From positions 32,001 to 96,000 of IMG/VR virus record IMGVR_UViG_3300021963_005267: a stretch of 64,000 nucleotides of DNA. The stretch is one strand, 5' to 3'. The notes under the pieces are model-generated. The model did not search any database, was not told the DNA's origin, and saw only the letters and a list, made by a program, of their open reading frames with translations. A program made the translations under genes and the position numbers. This document shows, in pieces, positions 47,148 to 55,844 of this stretch. Each line of letters begins with the position of its first letter. Positions within the stretch are counted from its first letter, which is position 1. The stretch comes from a virus.

Positions 47148-47539
47148 TGAATAAAATTACCTTAGTAACTCCCCCAGACGATATATCTCAAGATGGTTTG
47201 AGGATTTTATGCGTATCTTTAACTCCTGATCAGGATCAGGTAGTATCACAAGCCATTACTAAACAGTCAGATCTTCCCAATACTATAATATATGTTTGGA
47301 AAAATGGAGAACCATTAGAATGGCTGTTTGACAAAAAATTAAAAAGTAATATAATAATTTTTAATGGCTGTTCTGATAGCGGAGAAATAAATGGCTATTT
47401 GGCAGCACAACCAAATTCTTATTATTTCGGTCCAGTAAAAAATTTAATACTGGTCAATGATAGGGATATATATGATGTTGAAACTTGTTTTGAGATTATT
47501 AAGAACTACATAGACATTTATGGCAAAAAATTTATCTAA
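47144..47539 (+). CDS. Hypothetical protein
   Basis: ITLVTPPD N-terminus; coupled to rpsU. Confidence 0.65.
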   Translation: MMNKITLVTPPDDISQDGLRILCVSLTPDQDQVVSQAITKQSDLPNTIIYVWKNGEPLEWLFDKKLKSNIIIFNGCSDSGEINGYLAAQPNSYYFGPVKNLILVNDRDIYDVETCFEIIKNYIDIYGKKFI

Positions 47540-47759
47540 ACCGTCCGGATCTTCTGTATTAGTAAAAGAAGGCGAAGATATCAACAGAGCCCTTAAACGT
47601 TTTAAGAAGAAAGTAGAAGATAGTGGCACACTAGAAACTCTTAGAAAAAAAGAATTCTACGAAAAGCCAACTACTGAACGTAAACGTAAGAAGGGTGCTG
47701 CTCGCGCACGTTGGCAAAAGAAACTCAAAGACCAACAACTACCACAGAAACTATTTTAA
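47520..47759 (+). CDS. rpsU: 30S ribosomal protein bS21
   Basis: VKEGEDINRALKRFKKKVEDSG..LRKKEFYEKPTTERKRKK. Confidence 0.93.
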   Translation: MAKNLSKPSGSSVLVKEGEDINRALKRFKKKVEDSGTLETLRKKEFYEKPTTERKRKKGAARARWQKKLKDQQLPQKLF

Positions 47760-47771
47760 GAAAGGTATCCG

Positions 47772-48791
47772 ATGCGTATCGAAGACGAAGTCAAATTAGA
47801 CTTCCGTGATGTGCTGATTCGTCCTAAGCGTTCTACGCTTTCAAGCCGCAAGGAAGTAGATCTCACCCGTACATATAAATTTAAGCACAGTAGATTCCAA
47901 TGGACCGGTGTTCCTGTAATGGCCGCTAACATGGACGGTGTGGGCACTATAGAAATGGCTAGGAAACTTTATAAGCATCAGATGTTTACCTGCCTAGTTA
48001 AAAACTATGCCGAAGACGATCTTTTTGATCTAACTGGTAAGTTCGGTGGAAATTATTTTGCCGTTAGTACCGGAATCAGTGATAAAGATTTTCTAAAACT
48101 AAGACAGATATTAAATGCCTATCCAGAAATTCATTTCATCTGTATTGATGTGGCCAATGGATATAGTGAACACTTTGGTGAATATGTTTCTAAAGTTAGG
48201 CAAACATATCCTGAACACACTATTATCGCAGGTAACGTTGTTACCGCAGACATGACACAGGAGTTAATTTTACGTGGAGCAGATATTGTTAAAGTTGGGA
48301 TTGGCCCTGGCAGTGTCTGTACGACTCGTATACAGACTGGTGTTGGGTACCCTCAACTTTCTGCTATCATCGAGTGCGCTGATGCTGCTCACGGTCTTGG
48401 TGGCCATATCGTGGCTGATGGCGGGTGTACTTGCCCCGGTGATGTGGCTAAAGCGTTTGGTGCTGGGGCAGACTTCGTAATGCTTGGAGGTTTGTTAGCC
48501 GGACACGACGAAGGCGGCGGTGACATTAAAGATGGTAAAGTTACATTCTATGGTATGAGTTCAGACACTGCAATGAACAAACACAATGGCGGGGTTGCCG
48601 AATATAGAAGTTCAGAAGGCCGCACAGTTGAGATTCCTTATAAAGGAGCAGTCCAAGATACAGTTCTAGATCTACTAGGAGGCTTACGCAGTACCTGCAC
48701 TTATGTTGGTGCTCCTAGTCTTAAACAACTATCCAAATGCACAACATTCATCCGAGTTAATAAACAAATTAATGATGTATTTGTAAAATGA
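47772..48791 (+). CDS. guaC: GMP reductase
   Basis: [61 protein letters not shown]. Confidence 0.95.
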   Translation: MRIEDEVKLDFRDVLIRPKRSTLSSRKEVDLTRTYKFKHSRFQWTGVPVMAANMDGVGTIEMARKLYKHQMFTCLVKNYAEDDLFDLTGKFGGNYFAVSTGISDKDFLKLRQILNAYPEIHFICIDVANGYSEHFGEYVSKVRQTYPEHTIIAGNVVTADMTQELILRGADIVKVGIGPGSVCTTRIQTGVGYPQLSAIIECADAAHGLGGHIVADGGCTCPGDVAKAFGAGADFVMLGGLLAGHDEGGGDIKDGKVTFYGMSSDTAMNKHNGGVAEYRSSEGRTVEIPYKGAVQDTVLDLLGGLRSTCTYVGAPSLKQLSKCTTFIRVNKQINDVFVK

Positions 48792-48820
48792 TTGACGGGT
48801 ATAATAAAAGAAAGTACAAT
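48792..48820 (+). promoter_or_regulatory. sigma70 promoter giving a leaderless mRNA
   Basis: TTGACG-17 nt-TACAAT; ATG 48827 follows after a 6-nt gap. Confidence 0.7.
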
Positions 48821-48826
48821 AATAGT

Positions 48827-49402
48827 ATGAATACTGATATAATGATTGATTTAGAAACTCTGGCCACATCACCAGACAGTGCCATTTTAACAATTGGTGC
48901 TGTAAAATTTGATCCATTTGGACAAGAATTAAAAGAACCAGCAATGGATAGCTTTTATCTTAAAGTGGATTTAGACAGTTGCCACGCACTAGGTTTAGTC
49001 GTAGCCGACGATACGATTAAATGGTGGTCTCAACAAGATCCCGAAGCACAGGAAGAAGCATTTGGCACCGAAGGGCGTGTTAGCATAACTGACGCACTCA
49101 ACCGATTGTATAAATTCTGTTGGGGTGCTAACCGTGTTTGGAGCCACGGTGCTGGATTTGATATTGTAATTTTAGAAACTGCTTTCCGTAAAATTGGTAA
49201 AGGTTATCCTTGGCAATTTTGGCAAGTTAGGGACACTAGGACTATTTACGATATTGGTATAAATCCAGATCGTCCCGAAGTACTAAAACATCACGCACTG
49301 CACGATGCTTATAATCAAGCTATAGGTGTCCAAAATGTGCTAAGAAAATTAAGATGCGCTACATTAGGTAGTGAATATATTACGCCACTCTCTCAAAGAT
49401 GA
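48827..49402 (+). CDS. DEDDh 3'-5' exonuclease
   Basis: IMIDLETL, WSHGAGFD, RDTRT, HHALHDA; start reassigned to MNTDIM. Confidence 0.88.
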   Translation: MNTDIMIDLETLATSPDSAILTIGAVKFDPFGQELKEPAMDSFYLKVDLDSCHALGLVVADDTIKWWSQQDPEAQEEAFGTEGRVSITDALNRLYKFCWGANRVWSHGAGFDIVILETAFRKIGKGYPWQFWQVRDTRTIYDIGINPDRPEVLKHHALHDAYNQAIGVQNVLRKLRCATLGSEYITPLSQR

Positions 49403-49416
49403 GAGATAAATAAATT

Positions 49417-49483
49417 TGCAGTAAGCACCTAATGGGCTTGCTGTAGAGCATAAGCTCAAACGATTCTTACTTTATAAGGAGAT
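49417..49483 (+). promoter_or_regulatory. Three-hairpin ROSE-like 5' leader of dnaK (candidate RNA thermometer)
   Basis: Same architecture and identical loop and SD-hairpin sequence as the hsp20 leader. Confidence 0.65.
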
Positions 49484-49489
49484 AAAATT

Positions 49490-51397
49490 ATGTCTAGAAT
49501 CATCGGTATTGACCTCGGCACTACCAACTCATGCGTTAGTGTTATCGAGAACGGAATCCCCAAAATTATTGAAAATGCAGAAGGTGCAAGAACTACACCT
49601 AGCGTCGTTGCCTATACTGAAAACGATATCTTAGTAGGTGCCCCTGCTAAACGTCAATCAGTCACAAATCCAAAAAATACTCTTTATGCTGTAAAACGTC
49701 TAATCGGACGTAAGTTCAAAGAGGAAGCAGTGCAAAAAGATATTGACCTTATGCCATACCAAATCGTCGAAGCTAAGAACGGCGATGCTTGGGTTAAGGC
49801 CAATGACAAAGAACTAGCACCACCACAGGTCAGTGCAGAAGTTCTAAGAAAAATGAAAGAAGCAGCCGAAGCACATCTCGGCGAAAAAGTAGATAAAGCA
49901 GTTATCACAGTTCCAGCTTACTTCAATGACAGTCAACGTCAAGCAACTAAAGATGCAGGTAAGATTGCAGGCTTAGAAGTAATGCGTATTATCAATGAAC
50001 CAACAGCGGCTGCATTGGCATATGGTGTTGATAAGAAAGATGGCAAGGATCGTAAAGTTGCTGTCTACGACTTAGGTGGTGGTACATTTGATATTTCAAT
50101 TATTGAAATCGCAGAAGTTGACGGCGACAAGCAGATTGAAGTGTTGTCCACGAACGGTGACACATTCTTAGGTGGTGAAGACTTCGACCAACGTATCATG
50201 GACTACATCATCGATGAGTTTAGAAAAGAACAAGGCGTTGATCTAAGCAAAGACGTGTTGGCCTTACAGCGTCTAAAAGATGCTGCTGAGAAAGCTAAGA
50301 TTGAACTTTCTAGCAGTTCACAGACAGAAGTGAACTTACCTTATGTTACTGCTGACGCAAGTGGTCCTAAGCATTTGGTAGTTAAAATCACTCGTGCTAA
50401 ATTAGAAAGCATTGTTGATGAACTAATCCAACGCAGTATCGAGCCTTGCAAGATTGCTATGACAGATGCTAAAGTCACAGCCGCAGACATTGATGAAGTT
50501 ATTCTTGTTGGTGGTATGACACGTATGCCTAAGGTGCAGGAAGCAGTTGAAAAGCTGTTTGGTAAGTCACCACGTAAGGATGTTAATCCAGACGAAGCAG
50601 TTGCCGCAGGCGCTGCCATCCAAGGTGCTGTTCTAGCAGGAGATCGTAAAGACGTTCTGTTGTTAGACGTTACTCCATTAAGCCTAGGCATCGAAACACT
50701 AGGCGGCATCATGGCCAAGGTTGTGAACAAGAACACAACTATTCCTACCAAGGCTAGCCAAACATTTAGTACTGCCGAAGACAATCAGCCAGCAGTTACT
50801 ATCCGTGTGTTCCAAGGCGAACGTGAACGTGCCAATGCAAATAAGATGCTAGGTGAATTCCATTTAGAAGGAATTGATCCAGCACCGCGTGGTATGCCAC
50901 AGATTGAAGTTACATTTGATATCGATGCAAACGGTATCCTAAATGTAAGTGCCAAAGACAAGAACACCGGTAAAGAAAACAAAATCACTATCAAAGCCAA
51001 CTCTGGTATCAGCGACGATGAGATCAAGAAAATGATCAAAGAAGCTGAGGAGTTTGCTGAAGAAGATAAGAAGTATAGAGAAACTGTAGAAGCACGTAAC
51101 AAGTGGGAAGCAGAAGTCTATACAATGATGAAAGAGTTAGAAGCTGAAAAGGATCTAGCTACTGAGGAAGAATGGAAAGCTATCGAAGATGCTAAACAGG
51201 CAGCTTTAGATTTTGTTAAAGCAAATGAAGACGGCGAAGCAATGAAGGCAGAAGTGTTTAAGATTGCCGATGTTGCTAAACCTTTGTTTGATAAGATCAA
51301 AGCTAAACGTGATGCAGAAACGGCAGCTAACCAGCCTGCACAAGAACCAGCACAAGGCGAAGTTATTGATGCAGAGTTTAAAGAGACCAACAAGTAA
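49490..51397 (+). CDS. dnaK: Hsp70 chaperone DnaK
   Basis: [49 protein letters not shown]; C-terminal VIDAEFKE. Confidence 0.98.
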   Translation: MSRIIGIDLGTTNSCVSVIENGIPKIIENAEGARTTPSVVAYTENDILVGAPAKRQSVTNPKNTLYAVKRLIGRKFKEEAVQKDIDLMPYQIVEAKNGDAWVKANDKELAPPQVSAEVLRKMKEAAEAHLGEKVDKAVITVPAYFNDSQRQATKDAGKIAGLEVMRIINEPTAAALAYGVDKKDGKDRKVAVYDLGGGTFDISIIEIAEVDGDKQIEVLSTNGDTFLGGEDFDQRIMDYIIDEFRKEQGVDLSKDVLALQRLKDAAEKAKIELSSSSQTEVNLPYVTADASGPKHLVVKITRAKLESIVDELIQRSIEPCKIAMTDAKVTAADIDEVILVGGMTRMPKVQEAVEKLFGKSPRKDVNPDEAVAAGAAIQGAVLAGDRKDVLLLDVTPLSLGIETLGGIMAKVVNKNTTIPTKASQTFSTAEDNQPAVTIRVFQGERERANANKMLGEFHLEGIDPAPRGMPQIEVTFDIDANGILNVSAKDKNTGKENKITIKANSGISDDEIKKMIKEAEEFAEEDKKYRETVEARNKWEAEVYTMMKELEAEKDLATEEEWKAIEDAKQAALDFVKANEDGEAMKAEVFKIADVAKPLFDKIKAKRDAETAANQPAQEPAQGEVIDAEFKETNK

Positions 51398-51411
51398 CAG
51401 TTGGTAAATAT

Positions 51412-51480
51412 GATTGTGATTGCACCTAATGGGCAATCACAATCGGGCAATGCCCATTGATTCTTACTTTATAAGGAGAT
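51412..51480 (+). promoter_or_regulatory. Three-hairpin ROSE-like 5' leader of hsp20 (candidate RNA thermometer)
   Basis: 12-bp perfect stem with ACCTAATGG loop, 4-bp stem, then GATTCTTACTTTATAAGGAGAT pairing over the SD. Confidence 0.7.
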
Positions 51481-51484
51481 TATC

Positions 51485-51925
51485 ATGAATCAACATTTAG
51501 TACGTTTAGACACAAATGCTCTTAACAGAGCTCTTATTGGCTTTGACACGATGTTCGATCACTTAGAGCGTCGTTTTGCAAATGCATCAACCAATAACTA
51601 TCCACCACACAATATCCTGCGCCTAGGCGACAACGATTACGCCATCCAAATCGCAGTGACTGGTTTCGATAAAACAGAAATTTCTGTTACTGTCGAAAAT
51701 AATGTATTAGTAGTCAAAGGCGAAAGTATGACTACTGATCATCCTCCAGAATCATATCTATATCGTGGCCTAGCAACTCGTGATTTCACCAAAGAGTTTC
51801 CTCTTGCAGAACACATTGAAGTTGTGGGAGCAGAAACAAAGAATGGTATGTTGACTATTAAATTGGTCCGTAACGTTCCTGAATCTGCCAAGCCCAAAGT
51901 CATTGACATTGTGGATGTGAAGTAA
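51485..51925 (+). CDS. Small heat shock protein (Hsp20, IbpA-like)
   Basis: IGFD..F, NYPPHNI, IAVTGF, YLYRGLATRDF, NGMLTIKL, KPKVIDI. Confidence 0.95.
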   Translation: MNQHLVRLDTNALNRALIGFDTMFDHLERRFANASTNNYPPHNILRLGDNDYAIQIAVTGFDKTEISVTVENNVLVVKGESMTTDHPPESYLYRGLATRDFTKEFPLAEHIEVVGAETKNGMLTIKLVRNVPESAKPKVIDIVDVK

Positions 51926-51929
51926 TATA

Positions 51930-51956
51930 ATAAGGGGGAAGGTAATTCCCCCTTAT
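51930..51956. terminator. Strong hairpin after hsp20 (terminator or stabiliser)
   Basis: ATAAGGGGGAA-GGTAA-TTCCCCCTTAT, no long T tract. Confidence 0.5.
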
Positions 51957-51971
51957 GACACTGGAGATATA

Positions 51972-52274
51972 ATGACTACTGAAGTTCAAATTGAGAAAAC
52001 AACAAAGGTTGCACTTAACCCACCTCGCAAATGGAAAGTGCTTTTTCTCAATGACGATCAAACCCCTATGCAATTTGTGATCGAATTGTTGACTACTATC
52101 TTTCGACACGATCTACAAACAGCAGAAGAATTAACAATGGAGATCCACAATACTGGCAGTGCCGTAGTTGGACTCTATACACACGAAGTAGCAGAACAAA
52201 AAGGTATTGATGCTACATCACTGGCCCGAGAAAACGGTTTTCCATTGCAGGTAACAATCGAAGAAGACAAATAA
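51972..52274 (+). CDS. clpS: ClpAP adaptor ClpS
   Basis: WKVLFLNDDQTPMQFVI, MEIHNTGSAVVG..EVAEQK, GFPLQ. Confidence 0.93.
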   Translation: MTTEVQIEKTTKVALNPPRKWKVLFLNDDQTPMQFVIELLTTIFRHDLQTAEELTMEIHNTGSAVVGLYTHEVAEQKGIDATSLARENGFPLQVTIEEDK

Positions 52275-52276
52275 AA

Positions 52277-52534
52277 ATGACAGCCGATGAGTTTAAGTTC
52301 ATAAGATACATGAACGCAAAAACTAATCGGTTTTCTTTTTGGGTAATTTTTCAAGACAAGAGAAATTATCATTTGGGTCAAAAAGGAAGGAAAGAATTTA
52401 TTAAATTCTTTTCCGAACAATTAGGTCCGTTAGGAGATCGCTGGGAATATGAAAAGACAACTTCAACTTTTTGTATTAAACTGAATAATGAATCAGATGC
52501 CACAATGATGACCTTGCGTTATGCCAACAAGTAA
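52277..52534 (+). CDS. Hypothetical protein
   Basis: 85-aa ORF in operon position. Confidence 0.5.
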   Translation: MTADEFKFIRYMNAKTNRFSFWVIFQDKRNYHLGQKGRKEFIKFFSEQLGPLGDRWEYEKTTSTFCIKLNNESDATMMTLRYANK

Positions 52535-52544
52535 ATAATCAACT

Positions 52545-53087
52545 ATGAGCTTAAGAGAACTTACCGCACAAAAACACAAAGAAGCCGAGGAAACTGCGTT
52601 TTCTCAGAAACTAGTATCAGGGCAACTTTCACAAGAAGCCTATGCAGACTACCTTTATCAAATGTTTCTAATCTACACAGGACTAGAAGCTGCTTGCTCT
52701 CAAAATGGTTTTTTGAGAGACATGGAAGGAATCCAACGTAGTCCACATATCTATGCAGATTGGCTAGAATTAAAAAGTGATAAAGAATATGAGTGGTTAC
52801 CAGAAACACATGCTTACTGGAATCACATAATGAATCTAAACGGACCAGAAAGATATCATCTATTAAGAGCACACCAATATACTAGATATCTTGGAGATCT
52901 TTACGGCGGTCAAATGATTGCTAGAGTAGTTCCCGGAGAAGGTCGTTGGTACCATTTCGATAATGCTAAACAACTAAAAGAAACTTTAAGATCACATCTC
53001 ACAGATGATTTAGCAGAAGAAGCTAATCTTAGTTTCGACATGACTATTGCTATCTTTAACGCATTGGATAAGAAACACAGTGAGTAA
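52545..53087 (+). CDS. Heme oxygenase
   Basis: LRELTAQKHKEAE (proximal His); HQYTRYLGDLYGGQMI (distal helix); EEANLSF. Confidence 0.92.
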   Translation: MSLRELTAQKHKEAEETAFSQKLVSGQLSQEAYADYLYQMFLIYTGLEAACSQNGFLRDMEGIQRSPHIYADWLELKSDKEYEWLPETHAYWNHIMNLNGPERYHLLRAHQYTRYLGDLYGGQMIARVVPGEGRWYHFDNAKQLKETLRSHLTDDLAEEANLSFDMTIAIFNALDKKHSE

Positions 53088-53760
53088 AGTTTGGGATACA
53101 TTGATCAGTGTACAACACCTATTAGAAAAAAGATTTAGTGAAACAGGTGTTGAAACATTTGAACCTGGAATGGATCGTTTTAATCAACCAGGTTGGGTAA
53201 ATAGAGTTTGGTGCAGTGATCATTATCGTAGAGCTCATGTCGATGTAGTGGACGCCCGAGAAACTAAGGGCCTCTGGATGATGCATTGCTGCATCTTTCC
53301 TCATATTCATAATACAGCACCTATATTCGGTTTTGATGTAATTGCAGGTAAAAATAAAATCACAGGTTGTTTTATTGATTATAGTCCGACAGCAGATAAA
53401 CAACATCCTATGATTGATTATTTTGCAGAGGAAGTTAGCAGATACGAATGGATTAAAAAACGAGAACTACCAGAATGGGCACAGCGTATTTTTAGTCCCT
53501 ACATGATAGCCGCAGGTAATGTACAAAATGAAGATGAATTAAGCCAGATCAGCAGCCTAGCACACATACTGGTAAATCATTACTTAGAAACAGTAGGTGA
53601 AACTAACAATCGAACTTCAGATACTACATTTGAGCAAAACTACTATGCTCAAAATCAAAAACAAAATCCTCATACTCCTAGAGTTATGACTAGTTTAGGA
53701 TTAGATGAAGAAGATGTTCGTGTTTTTATCCAGAATTGTCTGTTCCCAGAAATAAGATAA
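53080..53760 (+). CDS. Ferredoxin-dependent bilin reductase (PcyA family, PcyX-like)
   Basis: YRRAHVDVVD, MHCCIFP..APIFGFDVIAG, DYSP, RELPEWAQRIFS, QNYY..QKQNPHTPRVM; GTG start overlapping the HO gene. Confidence 0.85.
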   Translation: MSKVWDTLISVQHLLEKRFSETGVETFEPGMDRFNQPGWVNRVWCSDHYRRAHVDVVDARETKGLWMMHCCIFPHIHNTAPIFGFDVIAGKNKITGCFIDYSPTADKQHPMIDYFAEEVSRYEWIKKRELPEWAQRIFSPYMIAAGNVQNEDELSQISSLAHILVNHYLETVGETNNRTSDTTFEQNYYAQNQKQNPHTPRVMTSLGLDEEDVRVFIQNCLFPEIR

Positions 53761-53767
53761 ATACTTG

Positions 53768-53986
53768 ATGCGTTTAAGTGAAATCGAATCAAGACCTAAA
53801 CTAGTCAAATTACATTACTTCAGTGTTACAGATATTATCGCTGCCGAAGAATTAGGTATGCGTAAAGACCGTAACGGTAATTGGTTCCTCCCCCAATACG
53901 ATCGTAGTGGTTCTGGTTTTGATAGAAAAGCTGTTTCTGCCATGCGAATGTTTGGTCGTCCATATAAAACAGTTAATCTAGATTAA
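53768..53986 (+). CDS. Small hypothetical protein
   Basis: ATAAATA 4 nt upstream; MRLSEI N-terminus. Confidence 0.55.
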   Translation: MRLSEIESRPKLVKLHYFSVTDIIAAEELGMRKDRNGNWFLPQYDRSGSGFDRKAVSAMRMFGRPYKTVNLD

Positions 53987-54047
53987 ACTCATCTTATAAT
54001 TTCTTTCCAATTTGCTCTAAATACTATTACGGTATTCCGGGAGCGAA

Positions 54048-54590
54048 TTGATGTTAAAAAAAATAATAATAACACTAGCATTGCCTTCATTGGCAATAGC
54101 TGCACCTATTGGCGATTTCCAGTTTAAAAGTCCTTCTTTTAATGGTGCCGGTTATAGTTCTCACGTTTTAACTATTGATAATCTAGAACGTACTAGAGAA
54201 AAAGAACGTGCGGATAAACTACAGGCAGCAATAGATAAAGAAATTGCTGATAAAAAAAATACAAATCTTGCTAAGTTTGTTAACAATTTAGAATCACGCA
54301 TATATGCACAAATCTCGCAAAACGTAGCGACTGCTATGTTTGCCAATAATAATTGCACAGCCAGTTCAAATACAAATTGTACAGGTGCTATAGACTTCCA
54401 AGGCAATTATATCAGTTGGTCAAGAGTAAGTAGTGCCAATGATGCAAACTGTTCAACAGCATATGGTTATTGCATTATGCTGAAAGTGGCAGATCCAACA
54501 GCAACTAATCCTAGTACAGCAGCCTGTACCGACACAGGAATGAGTTGTGTCTATGTTCCATTACAATCATTTCAAATGCCGGGGAACTAA
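54048..54590 (+). CDS. csgF: CsgF-like curli assembly protein
   Basis: Signal peptide then DFQFKSPSFNG (CsgF FxFxxPxF motif); FVNNLESRIYAQIS; directly upstream of csgG. Confidence 0.75.
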   Translation: MMLKKIIITLALPSLAIAAPIGDFQFKSPSFNGAGYSSHVLTIDNLERTREKERADKLQAAIDKEIADKKNTNLAKFVNNLESRIYAQISQNVATAMFANNNCTASSNTNCTGAIDFQGNYISWSRVSSANDANCSTAYGYCIMLKVADPTATNPSTAACTDTGMSCVYVPLQSFQMPGN

Positions 54591-54593
54591 GAT

Positions 54594-55802
54594 ATGAAAA
54601 AGACTATTTTATCCCTAGCAATTGTAAGTTTATTATCTGGCTGCGCTGTGATGCAGGCTACTGGACATCTAGAAAAAGATCCAGAACTTGCACGTTCTAA
54701 TAAATCTGTTCAGAAAGAGTTTGATACTATACCTGGTCCACAAGCAGGTAAGCCATTAAGTGTAGCGGTATACAGTTTTACTGATAAGACTGGACAAAGA
54801 CGTCCACAGGCAAATATTGCCAGCTTATCAACAGCAGTTACACAAGGTGCAGAAACATTTCTAATACAGGCCTTACAAAATGTAGGGCGCGGAGAATGGT
54901 TCGATGTTGTTGAACGTGTTGGTATTGATAATTTAACTAAAGAACGTTTAATAATCCGTCAGATGCGAGAAGCATATGAAGGCAAGGATGCAAAACCATT
55001 GTTACCTATGCAATTTGCAGGTATTATCTTAGAAGGTGGTATTATTGGTTACGATCAAAGTACTACTAGTGGAGGATTAGGACAGCGTATATTTGGAATT
55101 GGTAAACAGACACAATGGAGTACAGACACAGTAACAGTGAGTTTAAGAGCAGTCAGCGTAAACACAGGAAAGGTATTAGCGACAGTAACAGTGCAGAAAA
55201 CTATCTTGAGTTCAGCAGACAGTGTAACTGCATTGAAGTTCTTTGATGCCGGAACGAAAGCGTTTGAAGCAGAAGCAGGCTTAACAATCAACGAGCCCGG
55301 AACTTATGCTACAAAAGCAACTATTGAAATGGCCGTAGTAGAACTTATTAAAGAAGGGCAACGCAAAGGTATTTGGGAATATAAACAACCTCAACCACCT
55401 GTTCCTCTAGCGCCAGTACCTCAAAAGGAAGAAGTTAAAGCACCAGTAATTTCTTCCGAAATAAAACAAACAGAGGAGAAGAAAGATGAGTTGGTTCAAT
55501 CACAAACCCTCCAGACACCCGAAAGAGCCGTCAGCACACCAGCCCCACAGGCTGAGTCCAGCGACGGACAAGATACTAAAGCAGACCAAGGAGAACGTAA
55601 GGCCTCTGAAAGTAAGCAAGAAAAAACAGTAATCTCTAAAGGCCTAACAAATGTTAGAGAAAGCGAAAAAGCTGGTTCGACAATAATTGCCTTATTGCAG
55701 CCAGGACAAGAAGTAAAAGTAATAGAAGAAAAAGATTTACTCTTTTGCATCGAATTACCAAATGGCAAGAAAGGTTGGATAGGAAAAACAACAGTAAAAT
55801 AA
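54594..55802 (+). CDS. csgG: CsgG curli secretion lipoprotein with Pro-rich linker and C-terminal SH3b-like domain
   Basis: Lipobox LSGC; VAVYSFTDKTGQ, STAVTQGA, WFDVVER..NLTKER.IIR, EGGIIGYD, DTVTVSLRAV, NEP; tail TNVRE...KKGWI. Confidence 0.9.
   Translation: MKKTILSLAIVSLLSGCAVMQATGHLEKDPELARSNKSVQKEFDTIPGPQAGKPLSVAVYSFTDKTGQRRPQANIASLSTAVTQGAETFLIQALQNVGRGEWFDVVERVGIDNLTKERLIIRQMREAYEGKDAKPLLPMQFAGIILEGGIIGYDQSTTSGGLGQRIFGIGKQTQWSTDTVTVSLRAVSVNTGKVLATVTVQKTILSSADSVTALKFFDAGTKAFEAEAGLTINEPGTYATKATIEMAVVELIKEGQRKGIWEYKQPQPPVPLAPVPQKEEVKAPVISSEIKQTEEKKDELVQSQTLQTPERAVSTPAPQAESSDGQDTKADQGERKASESKQEKTVISKGLTNVRESEKAGSTIIALLQPGQEVKVIEEKDLLFCIELPNGKKGWIGKTTVK
55486..55632 (+). CDS. Candidate 48-aa overprinted basic peptide in the +1 frame of the csgG linker
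   Basis: GAGGAG 7 nt before ATG; MSWFNHKPSRHPKEPSAHQPHRLSPATDKILKQTKENVRPLKVSKKKQ. Confidence 0.4.
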   Translation: MSWFNHKPSRHPKEPSAHQPHRLSPATDKILKQTKENVRPLKVSKKKQ

Positions 55803-55844
55803 CGGTACACCAAAAAAAATTATAAAGTACCAAGGAGCGAAAAA

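Noticed and set aside
49417-49445. CIRCE/HrcA operator before dnaK or hsp20
   Set aside because: Both repeats have a 9-nt spacer, but the arms do not match TTAGCACTC/GAGTGCTAA and differ between the two genes while the loop is conserved, which fits RNA structure
49684-51450. Long antisense ORFs over dnaK (similarly 20804-21316, 36513-37052, 46449-46869)
   Set aside because: Expected shadows of codon-biased sense genes, with no independent signals
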